Positions 63,888-64,000 of a stretch of 64,000 nucleotides of DNA are shown piece by piece (position 1 is the first letter of the stretch; the number at the start of each line of letters is the position of its first letter). The notes below the pieces were generated by a model that saw nothing but the letters and a program-made list of their open reading frames with translations, made no database searches and was not told the origin of the DNA. Origin of the DNA: Chrysomallon squamiferum (lineage: Eukaryota > Animalia > Mollusca); assembly GCA_012295275.1 (NCBI GenBank), contig CM022667.1:11966001-12030000 (forward strand). The letters run 5' to 3'. The position numbers and the translations under genes were made by a program.

Positions 63888-64000
63888 CTGGAAAAAAGAA
63901 AGGAAAAAAATAAATTATTATTATTATTATTATTAACGATAAATAAATTAATAAATATCATTATTAACAAGATCACACAAGATAAATTATCTGGCATCAA

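Overview
AT-rich, microsatellite-dense animal genomic DNA; a lophotrochozoan/mollusc origin is my impression and is not proven. Most of the supplied ORF track is translated simple repeats. Three spliced genes can be built by hand. (1) A 7-coding-exon CCDC102A-like coiled-coil gene on the minus strand (8368-15052) with two single-base frameshifts in short homopolymers, probably consensus errors. (2) Divergent from it, a plus-strand gene (about 18923-28258) for a secreted protein: signal peptide, acidic 9-aa-repeat spacer, then 16 tandem inhibitor-cystine-knot-type (C-C-CC-C-C) modules. Each module is on its own exon starting in phase 0, and 13 are near-identical Q/N-rich, almost uncharged copies. 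This exon-modular 'poly-knottin' is the most unusual element in the window. (3) The 3' end of an Iroquois (Irx) homeobox gene (IRO box KPKIWS) on the minus strand at the right edge. The ~33 kb between genes 2 and 3 has no recognisable gene. It holds CpG-richer unique islands (candidate Irx enhancers), 22-bp and 25-bp minisatellites, a decayed integrase-type transposase and a diverged ~150-bp coding-like duplicate. A Tc1/mariner relic lies in an intron of gene 2.
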